DNA from: Burkholderiaceae bacterium
GTDB taxonomy: Bacteria; Pseudomonadota; Gammaproteobacteria; Burkholderiales; Burkholderiaceae_E
Reading direction: 5' to 3'
Assembly (NCBI GenBank): GCA_041676645.1
Contig: JBAYRO010000003.1
Coordinates: 10,888-74,887, forward strand
Length of the DNA stretch: 64,000 nt
Under the pieces are notes generated by a model. It searched no databases. It was given only the letters and a program-made list of their open reading frames with translations, and was not told the origin of the DNA. Of the stretch, positions 9,745 through 18,102 are shown piece after piece. Both the position numbers and the translations under genes were made by a program. How positions within the stretch are numbered: the stretch's first letter is position 1; each line of letters begins with the position of its first letter.

Positions 9745-12231
9745 ATGCCTGCCACGCAGTACGCCCCCGGCGCCGACTTCGATTTCCTGCTCGAAGCCTA
9801 CCGACCGCTGCCGGGGGTTCCCGACGAGATGCTCGGGCCCGATGCCCGGCCCCTGCCGCACTGGCGGCGCCTGCTCGAGATGCTGGGCGCCCTCGGTCCG
9901 GACGAACTCGAGCGGCGATTCGCTGGTGCTGATCGCTACATGCACGAGGCGGGGGTCTTCTATCGCACATACGAAGAGATCGGGCCGGCCGAGCGGCCCT
10001 GGCCACTCGCACACATGCCGCTGCTGATGGCGCCGGCCGAGTGGGCCACGCTCAGCGCGGGCCTGGTCGAACGAGCGGAAGTGCTGGAAGCGGTCCTCGC
10101 CGATCTCCACGGTTCGCAGGCCCTGGTGCGCGAGGGTGCGCTACCGGCCGCGGCCGTCGCGGGAAGCCCCGATTTCCTGCGTCCGATGGTCGATCCCGAT
10201 CGGCAGCAGGTGCACCTCGCCTTCTATGCCGTGGATGTCGGGCGGGGCCCCGATGGCCGCTGGCGGGTGCTCGAAGACCGTAGCCAGGCTCCTTCGGGCG
10301 CCGCCTATGCCTTGCAGAACCGGATGGCGATCGAGCGCTCCCTGACGGCCGTCTTCCATCGCATGCGGGTCCACCGACTCGCGGATTTCTTCGACAGGTT
10401 CCGCAGCGCACTTGCCGCGATGGGGAGCCGCGATTTCCCCCGTATCGGCCTGCTGACCTCGGGCATCCAGAACGAGAGCTATTTCGAGCATGCCTATCTC
10501 GCCCGCTATCTCGGCCTGCTCCTGCTCGAAGGCAGCGACCTCAGGGTCAGCGAGGCTCGGGCCCATGTCAGGACGGTCAAGGGGCTGCAGCCGATCGATG
10601 TGCTCTGGCGTCGCCTCGATGGGTCGGCCGCCGATCCGCTGGCCCTGGATTCGACCTCGCAGCTGGGCGTGCCGGGGCTCGTCAGGGCGGTCCGCGCCGG
10701 CGAACTCAGCATCGCCAATTCGCTGGGCGCCGGCCTTGGGCAGTCGCGCGCCCTGTTCGCCTTCCTGCCGCGGATCGCCGAGCGCCTGCTGGGCCGCCCG
10801 CTGATGCTGCCCGGGGCCGCGACCTGGTGGTGCGGCGAGGAGGCGGCGCGGCGGCGGGTGCTCGAGGGCCTCGATCGGCTCGAGCCGATCCTCATCGCGC
10901 CGGCCCATGATGGCGCTCTCCTGCAGGAGGGGCTGCCGACGGGACCGGTCCCGGTGGCGGACCTGGATGCGCCGGCGCGCGCCCGCCTGCAGACGGCCAT
11001 CGAACGCCGGGGCATCGATTTCGTCGGCCAGGAGATGATGAGGCTGTCGACCATGCCCGTCTGGGATGGTCAAGGCCTGCAGCCCCATCCGTTCCTGCTG
11101 CGGCTGTTCGTGGCCCGTACGCCCGATGGCTGGAAGGTGATGCCGGGCGCGTTCTGCCGGGTTTCACCCGGCGAGGATCCGCTGGCGATCTCGCTGCGCA
11201 CGGGGGGGCTCTCGGCCGATGTCTGGGTGATCGCCGACGGACCGGTGGATTCGAAGACTCTCCTGCCGCAGGAGGACGACGCCGCGGTTCGGCGCCACAC
11301 CGGAGCCCTGCCATCACGGGCGGGCGACAACTTCTTCTGGCTGGGCCGCAACGTCGAGCGCATCGACGCGGCCCTGCGGCTGCTGCGTGCCTACATCGGC
11401 CGCATGAACGACGAACCCGACCAGGCCGCGCCGGTCCAGGGGGCGCTGGCCGCGGCCATGGCCGAGCTCGGCGTCATCGAGGCGGTCGAGCCCGAGGCCG
11501 GCCCCATGGAGCTTGCCCGGCAGGCCTGCGCCAGGCTGCCGCGTATCGTCGGTCCGGCTTTCAATGCCGCGGCACGGGTGCGCGACCGATTCTCGCCCGA
11601 TGGCTGGCGGGCGCTGCGGGATCTCGATGCGCTGGTCGCGACGCCTTGCGGTCCGGCCCCGACCGAGTCGGATCTCGCCGAACGGATCAGCCAGTCCCTG
11701 CGCCTGGTTTCGGCCTTCTCGGGGCTTGCGCAGGAGAACATGAATCGCCACAGCGCATGGCGCTTCCTCGAGACCGGCCGGCGCATCGAGCGGGCCTCCG
11801 CGACCACCCGGTTCGCACTGCGCTTCGCCGCCAACGAGATGGCGCCGCTGGGCTGCGACGTCCTGCTCGAGCTGATCGACAGCTCGATCACCTATCGCCA
11901 GCGCTATTCGATCCATGCCTCGCGCGTCACGGTCATCGATCTCGCGGTCCTCGATCCCGCCAACCCGCGTTCGGTGGCATTCCAGATCGACCGTATCCGC
12001 GAGCATGCCGCCGCGCTCGCGGTCCGGGCGGGCGGGGACATGCCGGTCTTTCTGGGGGCGGAAGCCGAGCGCCTGCAGGCGCATTTCATGCAGAGCCGCG
12101 CGACGGCGGTCGACGACGCCTTTCTCGAAGAGACCGTGGCGGCGCTCTACGCCATCGCGGCGCGCGTGGGCGACTCCTTCTTTTCCGATCGCGATGCGGC
12201 GCAGCCATCCGGAAGGGGCGCAGCGGCATGA
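9745..12231 (+). CDS. Fused circularly permuted type-2 ATP-grasp (COG2308-like) plus alpha-E domain (COG2307-like) protein
   Basis: The N-terminal half contains SYFEHAYLARYLGLLLLEGSDLRV...IDVLWRRLD, remembered as the cp-ATP-grasp consensus. The C-terminal third contains DNFFWLGRNVERIDAALRLLRAY, the alpha-E signature. 828 aa, stop-start overlap with the transglutaminase gene. Confidence 0.8.
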   Translation: MPATQYAPGADFDFLLEAYRPLPGVPDEMLGPDARPLPHWRRLLEMLGALGPDELERRFAGADRYMHEAGVFYRTYEEIGPAERPWPLAHMPLLMAPAEWATLSAGLVERAEVLEAVLADLHGSQALVREGALPAAAVAGSPDFLRPMVDPDRQQVHLAFYAVDVGRGPDGRWRVLEDRSQAPSGAAYALQNRMAIERSLTAVFHRMRVHRLADFFDRFRSALAAMGSRDFPRIGLLTSGIQNESYFEHAYLARYLGLLLLEGSDLRVSEARAHVRTVKGLQPIDVLWRRLDGSAADPLALDSTSQLGVPGLVRAVRAGELSIANSLGAGLGQSRALFAFLPRIAERLLGRPLMLPGAATWWCGEEAARRRVLEGLDRLEPILIAPAHDGALLQEGLPTGPVPVADLDAPARARLQTAIERRGIDFVGQEMMRLSTMPVWDGQGLQPHPFLLRLFVARTPDGWKVMPGAFCRVSPGEDPLAISLRTGGLSADVWVIADGPVDSKTLLPQEDDAAVRRHTGALPSRAGDNFFWLGRNVERIDAALRLLRAYIGRMNDEPDQAAPVQGALAAAMAELGVIEAVEPEAGPMELARQACARLPRIVGPAFNAAARVRDRFSPDGWRALRDLDALVATPCGPAPTESDLAERISQSLRLVSAFSGLAQENMNRHSAWRFLETGRRIERASATTRFALRFAANEMAPLGCDVLLELIDSSITYRQRYSIHASRVTVIDLAVLDPANPRSVAFQIDRIREHAAALAVRAGGDMPVFLGAEAERLQAHFMQSRATAVDDAFLEETVAALYAIAARVGDSFFSDRDAAQPSGRGAAA

Positions 12232-13112
12232 GCGCCTCGACACTGTACGAGGTCCGGGTGGCGATCGGGTATCGCTACGGCTCGCGCGTGCCTTTCGCCA
12301 AGCATGTGCTGCGCATCGATCCCGAACGCGATGCCGGCCAGCAGGTGCTGGACGCCGGCATGGTGATCGAACCCGAACCCTCGGGGCTGTGGCCCGAGAT
12401 CGATCACTTCGGCAACCGGACGGCGATGATCGCGCTCGACGGTCCCCACGACCACCTGGATGTCCGGTTCGAGGCGAAGATCCGTGTCCATTCCATCGAA
12501 CCGTGCGGGCAGAGCCCGGCATGGGAGTCGATCCGCGACGCCGTGCCGCGCCTGGCCGACCTGTCGGGCCGGGCGCCGGTGCATTTCGTGTTCCCGTGCC
12601 CGATGACGAGGGCCGATGCCGCACTCGTCGACTACGTGATGCCGAGCTTCCCGGCCGGCCGGCCGGTCATCGAGGCGGCGGCCGATCTCGGGCGGCGGAT
12701 CCACGCCGACTTCCGCTACACCCCCGGCGCCACCAGCGTGAGCACGACCGCGCTCGAGTTCATGCGCGGCGGGGCGGGAGTCTGCCAGGATTTCGCGCAC
12801 CTGATGATCGCCGGCATGCGGGCGATCGGCCTGCCGATCGCCTATGTCAGCGGCCTGCTGCGCACCGTTCCGCCGCCGGGCAGTGTCCGGCTGGAGGGGG
12901 CGGACGCCATGCATGCCTGGGTCGCTGCCTGGGGCGGGCCACAGGTGGGCTGGGTGGGGCTGGATCCCACCAACGCGATGTTCGCTTCGAGCGACCACAT
13001 CCGGATCGGCATGGGACGAGCCTATCCCGATGTCGCCCCGATCGACGGGGTGATCATCGCCGCGGGCGAGCACGCCAACGACATCGCGGTCGATGTCGTG
13101 CCGCTCGATTGA
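12228..13112 (+). CDS. Transglutaminase-family protein (Bact_transglu_N plus transglutaminase core)
   Basis: ATG 12228 overlaps the upstream TGA. N terminus YEVRVAIGYRYGSRVPFAKHVLRIDP. Catalytic-triad contexts GAGVCQDFAH (Cys), DAMHAWV (His), GLDPTN (Asp). Confidence 0.85.
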   Translation: MSASTLYEVRVAIGYRYGSRVPFAKHVLRIDPERDAGQQVLDAGMVIEPEPSGLWPEIDHFGNRTAMIALDGPHDHLDVRFEAKIRVHSIEPCGQSPAWESIRDAVPRLADLSGRAPVHFVFPCPMTRADAALVDYVMPSFPAGRPVIEAAADLGRRIHADFRYTPGATSVSTTALEFMRGGAGVCQDFAHLMIAGMRAIGLPIAYVSGLLRTVPPPGSVRLEGADAMHAWVAAWGGPQVGWVGLDPTNAMFASSDHIRIGMGRAYPDVAPIDGVIIAAGEHANDIAVDVVPLD

Positions 13113-13136
13113 GCGACGCACCGGCTCGACTAGAAT
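13109..13136 (+). promoter_or_regulatory. Candidate sigma70 promoter of dusA (-35 TTGAGC, 16-nt spacer, -10 TAGAAT)
   Basis: TTGAGC at 13109-13114 and TAGAAT at 13131-13136. The -10 ends 7 nt before the dusA ATG (13144), implying a leaderless or near-leaderless mRNA. Confidence 0.4.
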
Positions 13137-13143
13137 CCGGCCC

Positions 13144-14157
13144 ATGGTCCCGCCCTCCGCACATGCCTTCTGCGTCGCCCCGATGGTCGACCTGACCGAC
13201 CGGCATTGCCGGTACTTCCATCGACTGCTGAGTCGCCATGCCCGCCTGTATACCGAGATGCTTTCGACGAAGGCCGTCCTGCTGGGCGACCGGGCGCGAG
13301 TGCTCGATTTCGATGCGGCCGAGCATCCGGTGGCGCTGCAGCTCGGCGGCAGCGATCCGGCCGAGCTGGCCGCGGCGGCCCGCGTCGGCGTCGATCACGG
13401 CTACGACGAGATCAACCTGAACTGCGGTTGTCCGAGCGAGCGCGTGCAGCAGGGCGCCTTCGGCGCCTGCCTGATGGCCGAGCCGGCGCGGGTGGCCGAG
13501 TGCGTGCTCGCCATGCGCGAGGCGGTCGATGTCCCGGTGACGGTCAAGCACCGGATCGGGATCGGTCGCAACGAGAGCTACGGATTCGTCCGGGATTTCG
13601 TCGGCACGGTGGCGCGGGCCGGCTGCGAGGTCTTCATCGTCCATGCCCGCAATGCCTGGCTCGAAGGACTCAGCCCGAAGGACAACCGGACCATTCCGCC
13701 CCTGCGCTACGAGATCGTCCATCGGCTGAAGGCCGATTTTCCGGCGCTGCGCTTCGTGCTGAACGGTGGCCTGCGCGAGCTGGAGACGGCGGGCGTCGCC
13801 AGCCGCGGACTCGACGGCGTGATGCTGGGCCGGGCCGCCTACGAGAATCCCTGGCTGCTCGCCGGTGTCGACGCCGCCTGTTTCGGCGCGGATGGCCCGG
13901 CGCCGGTGCGCCCGGAAGTGGCGATGGCGATGCGCGACTACGCGCGTGAGCGGCTGCGCGAAGGCGTCGCCCTGCGTGCCGTCACCCGCCACATGCTGGG
14001 CCTGTTCAATGGCCTGCCGGGGGCCCGGCGCTGGCGTCGCAGCCTCAGCGACGTGGCGCTGCTGCGCAACGACGACCCGGACATCATCGCCCGGGCGCTC
14101 GACATGGTGGGCGGGCACGACACGAACCGGGTCGGCGAACCGGCCGTCACGATCTAG
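13144..14157 (+). CDS. dusA: tRNA dihydrouridine(20/20a) synthase DusA
   Basis: FCVAPMVDLTDRHCRYFHR, NLNCGCPSERVQQGAFGACLM, VTVKHRIG and VHARNAWL motifs typical of DusA. Confidence 0.9.
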   Translation: MVPPSAHAFCVAPMVDLTDRHCRYFHRLLSRHARLYTEMLSTKAVLLGDRARVLDFDAAEHPVALQLGGSDPAELAAAARVGVDHGYDEINLNCGCPSERVQQGAFGACLMAEPARVAECVLAMREAVDVPVTVKHRIGIGRNESYGFVRDFVGTVARAGCEVFIVHARNAWLEGLSPKDNRTIPPLRYEIVHRLKADFPALRFVLNGGLRELETAGVASRGLDGVMLGRAAYENPWLLAGVDAACFGADGPAPVRPEVAMAMRDYARERLREGVALRAVTRHMLGLFNGLPGARRWRRSLSDVALLRNDDPDIIARALDMVGGHDTNRVGEPAVTI

Positions 14158-14576
14158 CCTTCGCGATCGCTGCCGGTGGCGGGCGGGGCCGGGCGGGTCT
14201 GCCTCGCGTGCCCGAGGATCGCGCAGTAGGTGAACACCGCGAGCCCGGTCTGCGCCCACGCCAGCGGCACCGACGGGCCGGTGTCACTGGTCGCGCGCAC
14301 GATCGCTTCGGTGAAGTACAGCAGGATGCCCATCGACCACCACTGGTAGGTACGGCGATTGCCGCGGGCGATCGCGGGCAGCGCCAGCGCGAGCGGCAGC
14401 ATCTTGAGGGAGAGCATCCAGCCGCCGGGCCGGATCGGTGCCAGCCAGGCTTCCCAGGCGATGCCGAGCGCGACCATGAGAGCGCAGCCGACGGTGGCGA
14501 GGATACGGAAGGAGGGCAGCAAGGCGGGGAAGGCCGGGTCGGGTCGGAGGAGCCGCAAAGTATCATATGTGACCAT
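14154..14576 (-). CDS. DUF2069-family small membrane protein
   Basis: Translation ...ALGIAWEAWLAPIRPGGWMLSLKMLPLALALPAIARGNRRTYQWWSMGILLYFTEAIVRA resembles the DUF2069 consensus from memory. Start uncertain (ATG 14576 or an internal TTG). Confidence 0.6.
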   Translation of the reverse strand: MVTYDTLRLLRPDPAFPALLPSFRILATVGCALMVALGIAWEAWLAPIRPGGWMLSLKMLPLALALPAIARGNRRTYQWWSMGILLYFTEAIVRATSDTGPSVPLAWAQTGLAVFTYCAILGHARQTRPAPPATGSDREG

Positions 14577-15852
14577 GGCCGAGCCAAGCCCAGTCCAGTC
14601 CTTCGTCCAGCGGCTCGGCACGTTGCTGCTGCGGATGGCGCGCCAGGCCCGGGAGCTGCACCTGCAGATCACCGCCGCGAGCCTTGCCTTCCTTTCCCTG
14701 CTCGCGATCGTGCCGGTCTTCTCGATCGTGGTCTCGGTGCTCGCGGCATTGCCGGTGTTCGATTCGTTTCGCGATGCCCTGCAGGGCTTTCTCGCCCACC
14801 ACCTGTTCCCGTCGGCGATCAGCGACACGGTGCTGGAGTACGTCAACGGCTTCGCGGCGCAGGCGAGCCGGCTGTCGATGGCCGGCGCCGCAGTGTTCTT
14901 CGCGACCGCGATCGGCTGCCTGCTCACGATCGACCGGACCCTGAACCGCATCTGGGGCGCCGCCCGGCCCAGGCCGCTGGCGCAGCGGCTGACGCTCTAC
15001 TGGGCCTTGCTGACGGTGGCCCCGCTCGCGATCGGCGCCAGCATCACCGCCAATGGCATCTTCGTGGGCCAGTGGCTCGGTGGCGGCGACTACGAGACGG
15101 CGCGCCGGTTCTGGTTCGCATCGCTGACCTGGCTGGCCACCGGCGTCGGCATGCTGCTGCTCTACAAACTGGTGCCGAACACGACGGTGCGCTGGCGCGA
15201 AGCCGCCACCGGGGCGCTTGTCACCACGCTGCTCGTCGAGGCCTTGCGCAACGCGCTGGGCAGCTATCTCGGCAATTTCTCGACGTACACGGTCATTTAC
15301 GGCGCATTCAGCGTCCTGCCGGTGCTGCTGCTGTGGCTTTTCATGGCCTGGCTGCTCGTCCTGCTGGGCGCCCTGCTGGCTTCGAACCTGCGCTACTGGT
15401 CGCACGACATCGCACCGAGTCCGGTGCCGAGTCCGGCCGAAGCTTTTGCCGATGCCCTCGCCATCGTCCGCCTGCTGGCCGAGCGCGCGCCGCAGGGCGG
15501 AGGCCAGGGCTTGCCGGCGCTGTCATGGCTGCCCGCGTTCGACGATGATTCGCCGCGCGCCGAGCGGGCGGTGCGGCTGGCCGCGTCGCGTGGCTATGTC
15601 GACCGGATGGTGGCGGTCGAGGCGGAAGCCGATCCGGATATTGATCCGGTCTGGGCGGAACACTGGTCCCTCAGCCGGCCGGCTCGCGAGCTGACATTGG
15701 CGAATCTTTTCGCCGGCGTCTGGGGAGGTCCGCTCCAGGGGGTGCCGGCGCCCGGGCTCGATCTGCCGCTCGATCGCTGGGTCGCCAGCGTCCCGTGCAG
15801 CGATCCCGCCACGGCGTCGGCCCATCGGAACGACGCCGGCCTGCCGGTCTAG
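14575..15852 (+). CDS. YihY/BrkB-family inner membrane protein
   Basis: QITAASLAFLSLLAIVPVFSIVVSV and following TM segments match the YihY family. Long C-terminal soluble extension. Confidence 0.78.
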   Translation: MAEPSPVQSFVQRLGTLLLRMARQARELHLQITAASLAFLSLLAIVPVFSIVVSVLAALPVFDSFRDALQGFLAHHLFPSAISDTVLEYVNGFAAQASRLSMAGAAVFFATAIGCLLTIDRTLNRIWGAARPRPLAQRLTLYWALLTVAPLAIGASITANGIFVGQWLGGGDYETARRFWFASLTWLATGVGMLLLYKLVPNTTVRWREAATGALVTTLLVEALRNALGSYLGNFSTYTVIYGAFSVLPVLLLWLFMAWLLVLLGALLASNLRYWSHDIAPSPVPSPAEAFADALAIVRLLAERAPQGGGQGLPALSWLPAFDDDSPRAERAVRLAASRGYVDRMVAVEAEADPDIDPVWAEHWSLSRPARELTLANLFAGVWGGPLQGVPAPGLDLPLDRWVASVPCSDPATASAHRNDAGLPV

Positions 15853-16659
15853 CTAGAGGAAATCGCGCAATGCGGCGAGGACCTCGTCGGGCTTCTCGCT
15901 CATCAGGGCGTGGCCGCAACCGGGTATGAGCACCCGCTCCGGTTCGATGCCCGCGGGCGCCGCGGCGATCGCCCCGGCAAGCGCGGCCGCTGCCTTGGGC
16001 GGCGTCATCATGTCGCGCCCACCGACGACGAAGAGGACCGGACACTTGACGGCGGCGGCCGCCGCCGTCCCGCCCTCGTAGCCGTCGCAGGCGCGGAAGT
16101 CGGACAGCAGGGTGCCCGGCGCCTGCCGTGCCATCAGCCGGCGGTTCTGCCAGTAGACCGAGAAGCCCGGCGCCGGCGAGCCGGGGCGGAAATTGATCCC
16201 GCTGTGCGACCAGCGATTGATCATGTCCATGGCCCGGGGTTCGTCGTTGGCCGCCGCCTCGAGCAGGGCCTCGGAAACCTTCATCGGGTAGGCGGCGCCC
16301 AGCAGCGCGATGCGATCGACCCGCGCGGGTGCGCGCGCCGCGCATTCGAGGGCGATCAGCGAACCCATGCTGTGGCCGACGATCGCAGCCCGCTCGACGC
16401 CCGCCGCGGTCATGGCGGCGAGGACGCTGTCGGCCATTGCCTCGACGCTGGTGTCGAGCGGACCTTCGCTGCGGCCGTGCCCGGGCAGGTCGAGGGCCAG
16501 TACCGACTTGCCGTGATGCGCGAAGAACCGTGTCTGCAGGATCCAGACGCTATGGTCGTGCTGCGCGCCGTGGACAAACACCACAGTGGGCTGCGTCGCA
16601 TCGAAGGCGCGTCCACCGGTGTAGGCATAGAGCTTGCGCCCGGGATTGTCGATCCACAT
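15853..16659 (-). CDS. Alpha/beta-fold hydrolase
   Basis: Oxyanion HG (VVFVHGAQHD), nucleophile elbow GHSMGS, C-terminal GCGHALMSEKPDEV. Its start lies 1 nt after the metY stop. Confidence 0.8.
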   Translation of the reverse strand: MWIDNPGRKLYAYTGGRAFDATQPTVVFVHGAQHDHSVWILQTRFFAHHGKSVLALDLPGHGRSEGPLDTSVEAMADSVLAAMTAAGVERAAIVGHSMGSLIALECAARAPARVDRIALLGAAYPMKVSEALLEAAANDEPRAMDMINRWSHSGINFRPGSPAPGFSVYWQNRRLMARQAPGTLLSDFRACDGYEGGTAAAAAVKCPVLFVVGGRDMMTPPKAAAALAGAIAAAPAGIEPERVLIPGCGHALMSEKPDEVLAALRDFL

Positions 16660-16660
16660 T

Positions 16661-17956
16661 TCAGCCTCTCGCTGCGGCGCGGAAGGCGCCCTTGAGGTCG
16701 GCGATCAGGTCGTCGGGATCCTCGAGTCCGATCGACAGGCGCAGGGTGCCTTCGCCGATGCCGGCGGCCTCGAGCGCCGCCGTGTCCATGCGGAAATGGG
16801 TCGTCGAGGCGGGATGGATCACGAGCGAGCGCGCATCACCGACGTTGGCGAGGTGCGAGAACAGGCCGAGGTTCTCGACGAAGCGCCGGCCGGCGTCGCG
16901 GTTGCCGGCGAGCTCGAAGCTGAAGACGGCGCTGGCGCCGCGGGGCATGAGCCGTGCCGCGAGTTCATGGTCGGGGTGCGAGGGAAGATCCGGATGCGAG
17001 ACCGATGCCACCTGGTCGTGCCCGGCCAGGAAGTGCAGGACCCGGCGCGTGTTCTCGATGTGGCGCGCCATGCGCAAGGGCAGCGTCTCGATGCCCTGGA
17101 GGATCTGGAACGCGTTCATCGGGCTCATGGTGGCGCCGAAGTCGCGCAGGCCTTCGCGGCGGGCCCGCAGCAGGAAGGGAGCGACGGTCGATTCCTCGGA
17201 AAAGACCATGCCATGGAATCCCTCGTAGGGCTCGGTGAGCTCCGGGAACTTGCCCGAGGCGTCCCAGTCGAAGGCGCCCGAATCGACCAGCAGCCCCCCG
17301 ACCACCGTGCCGTGGCCGCAGAGGAACTTGGTGGCCGAGTGGTAGACGAGGTCGGCGCCATGGTCGAAGGGCCTGATCAGCCAGGGCGTCGAGAAGGTGG
17401 CGTCGACCAGCAGGGGCAGGCCGGCTTCATGGGCGATCGCCGAGACGGAAGGAATGTCGAGGACATCCAGGCCGGGATTGCCGACGGTCTCGCCGAACAG
17501 GAGCCGGGTTTCGGGCCGGATCGCGGCGCGCCAGGCATCGATGTCGCGCGGATCGAGGAAGGTCGTGGTGATGCCGAAGCGCGAAAGGGTGTATTGCAGC
17601 AGGTTGTGCGAGCCACCGTAGAGCGCCCGTGAGGCCACGATGTGCGAGCCGGCGCCGGCGATGGTCGCTATGGCGAGATGAAGGGCGGCCTGGCCGCTGG
17701 CGGTTGCGATCGCCCCCACGCCGTGCTCGAGTGCCGCGATCCGCTCCTCGAGCACCGCCACCGTCGGATTGCTGATCCGACTGTAGACATGGCCGGATCG
17801 CTCCATGTTGAAGAGCGAGGCGGCCTGGTCGGAATCGCGAAAGGCGAACGAGGTGCTCAGGTGGATCGGGGTGGCGCGCGCGCCGGTCGCGGGATCGGGC
17901 AGCGCGCCCGCATGCAGGGCAACGGTGTCGAACCCGAAATAATCTGCTTCGCTCAT
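16661..17956 (-). CDS. metY: O-acetylhomoserine aminocarboxypropyltransferase (sulfhydrylase) MetY
   Basis: FDTVALHAG, NPTVAVLEERIAALE and the PLP-lysine context HSATKFLCGHG. Start at MSEADYF with AAGGAG upstream. Confidence 0.9.
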   Translation of the reverse strand: MSEADYFGFDTVALHAGALPDPATGARATPIHLSTSFAFRDSDQAASLFNMERSGHVYSRISNPTVAVLEERIAALEHGVGAIATASGQAALHLAIATIAGAGSHIVASRALYGGSHNLLQYTLSRFGITTTFLDPRDIDAWRAAIRPETRLLFGETVGNPGLDVLDIPSVSAIAHEAGLPLLVDATFSTPWLIRPFDHGADLVYHSATKFLCGHGTVVGGLLVDSGAFDWDASGKFPELTEPYEGFHGMVFSEESTVAPFLLRARREGLRDFGATMSPMNAFQILQGIETLPLRMARHIENTRRVLHFLAGHDQVASVSHPDLPSHPDHELAARLMPRGASAVFSFELAGNRDAGRRFVENLGLFSHLANVGDARSLVIHPASTTHFRMDTAALEAAGIGEGTLRLSIGLEDPDDLIADLKGAFRAAARG

Positions 17957-18102
17957 GGGCTGGCTCCTTGCGGGCGATCCTAGCATGCGCACCTACCGGT
18001 CGACCGGCCATTGCGGCCGGCGGTCGGCGCGGCAGTCGCGCACCGTGCGACCGGGCTGCAACAGGCTTTCAATTGGCGCCCCCCCGGGGCCACAATCCCC
18101 CG

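Noticed and set aside
17957-18102. SAM-type riboswitch upstream of metY
   Set aside because: I could not recognise SAM-I, SAM-II or SAM/SAH consensus elements. A TGCTAGGAT extended -10-like box (17977-17985, minus strand) lies only about 20 nt from the ATG, leaving no room for a riboswitch if that promoter is used. An Rfam scan would settle it.
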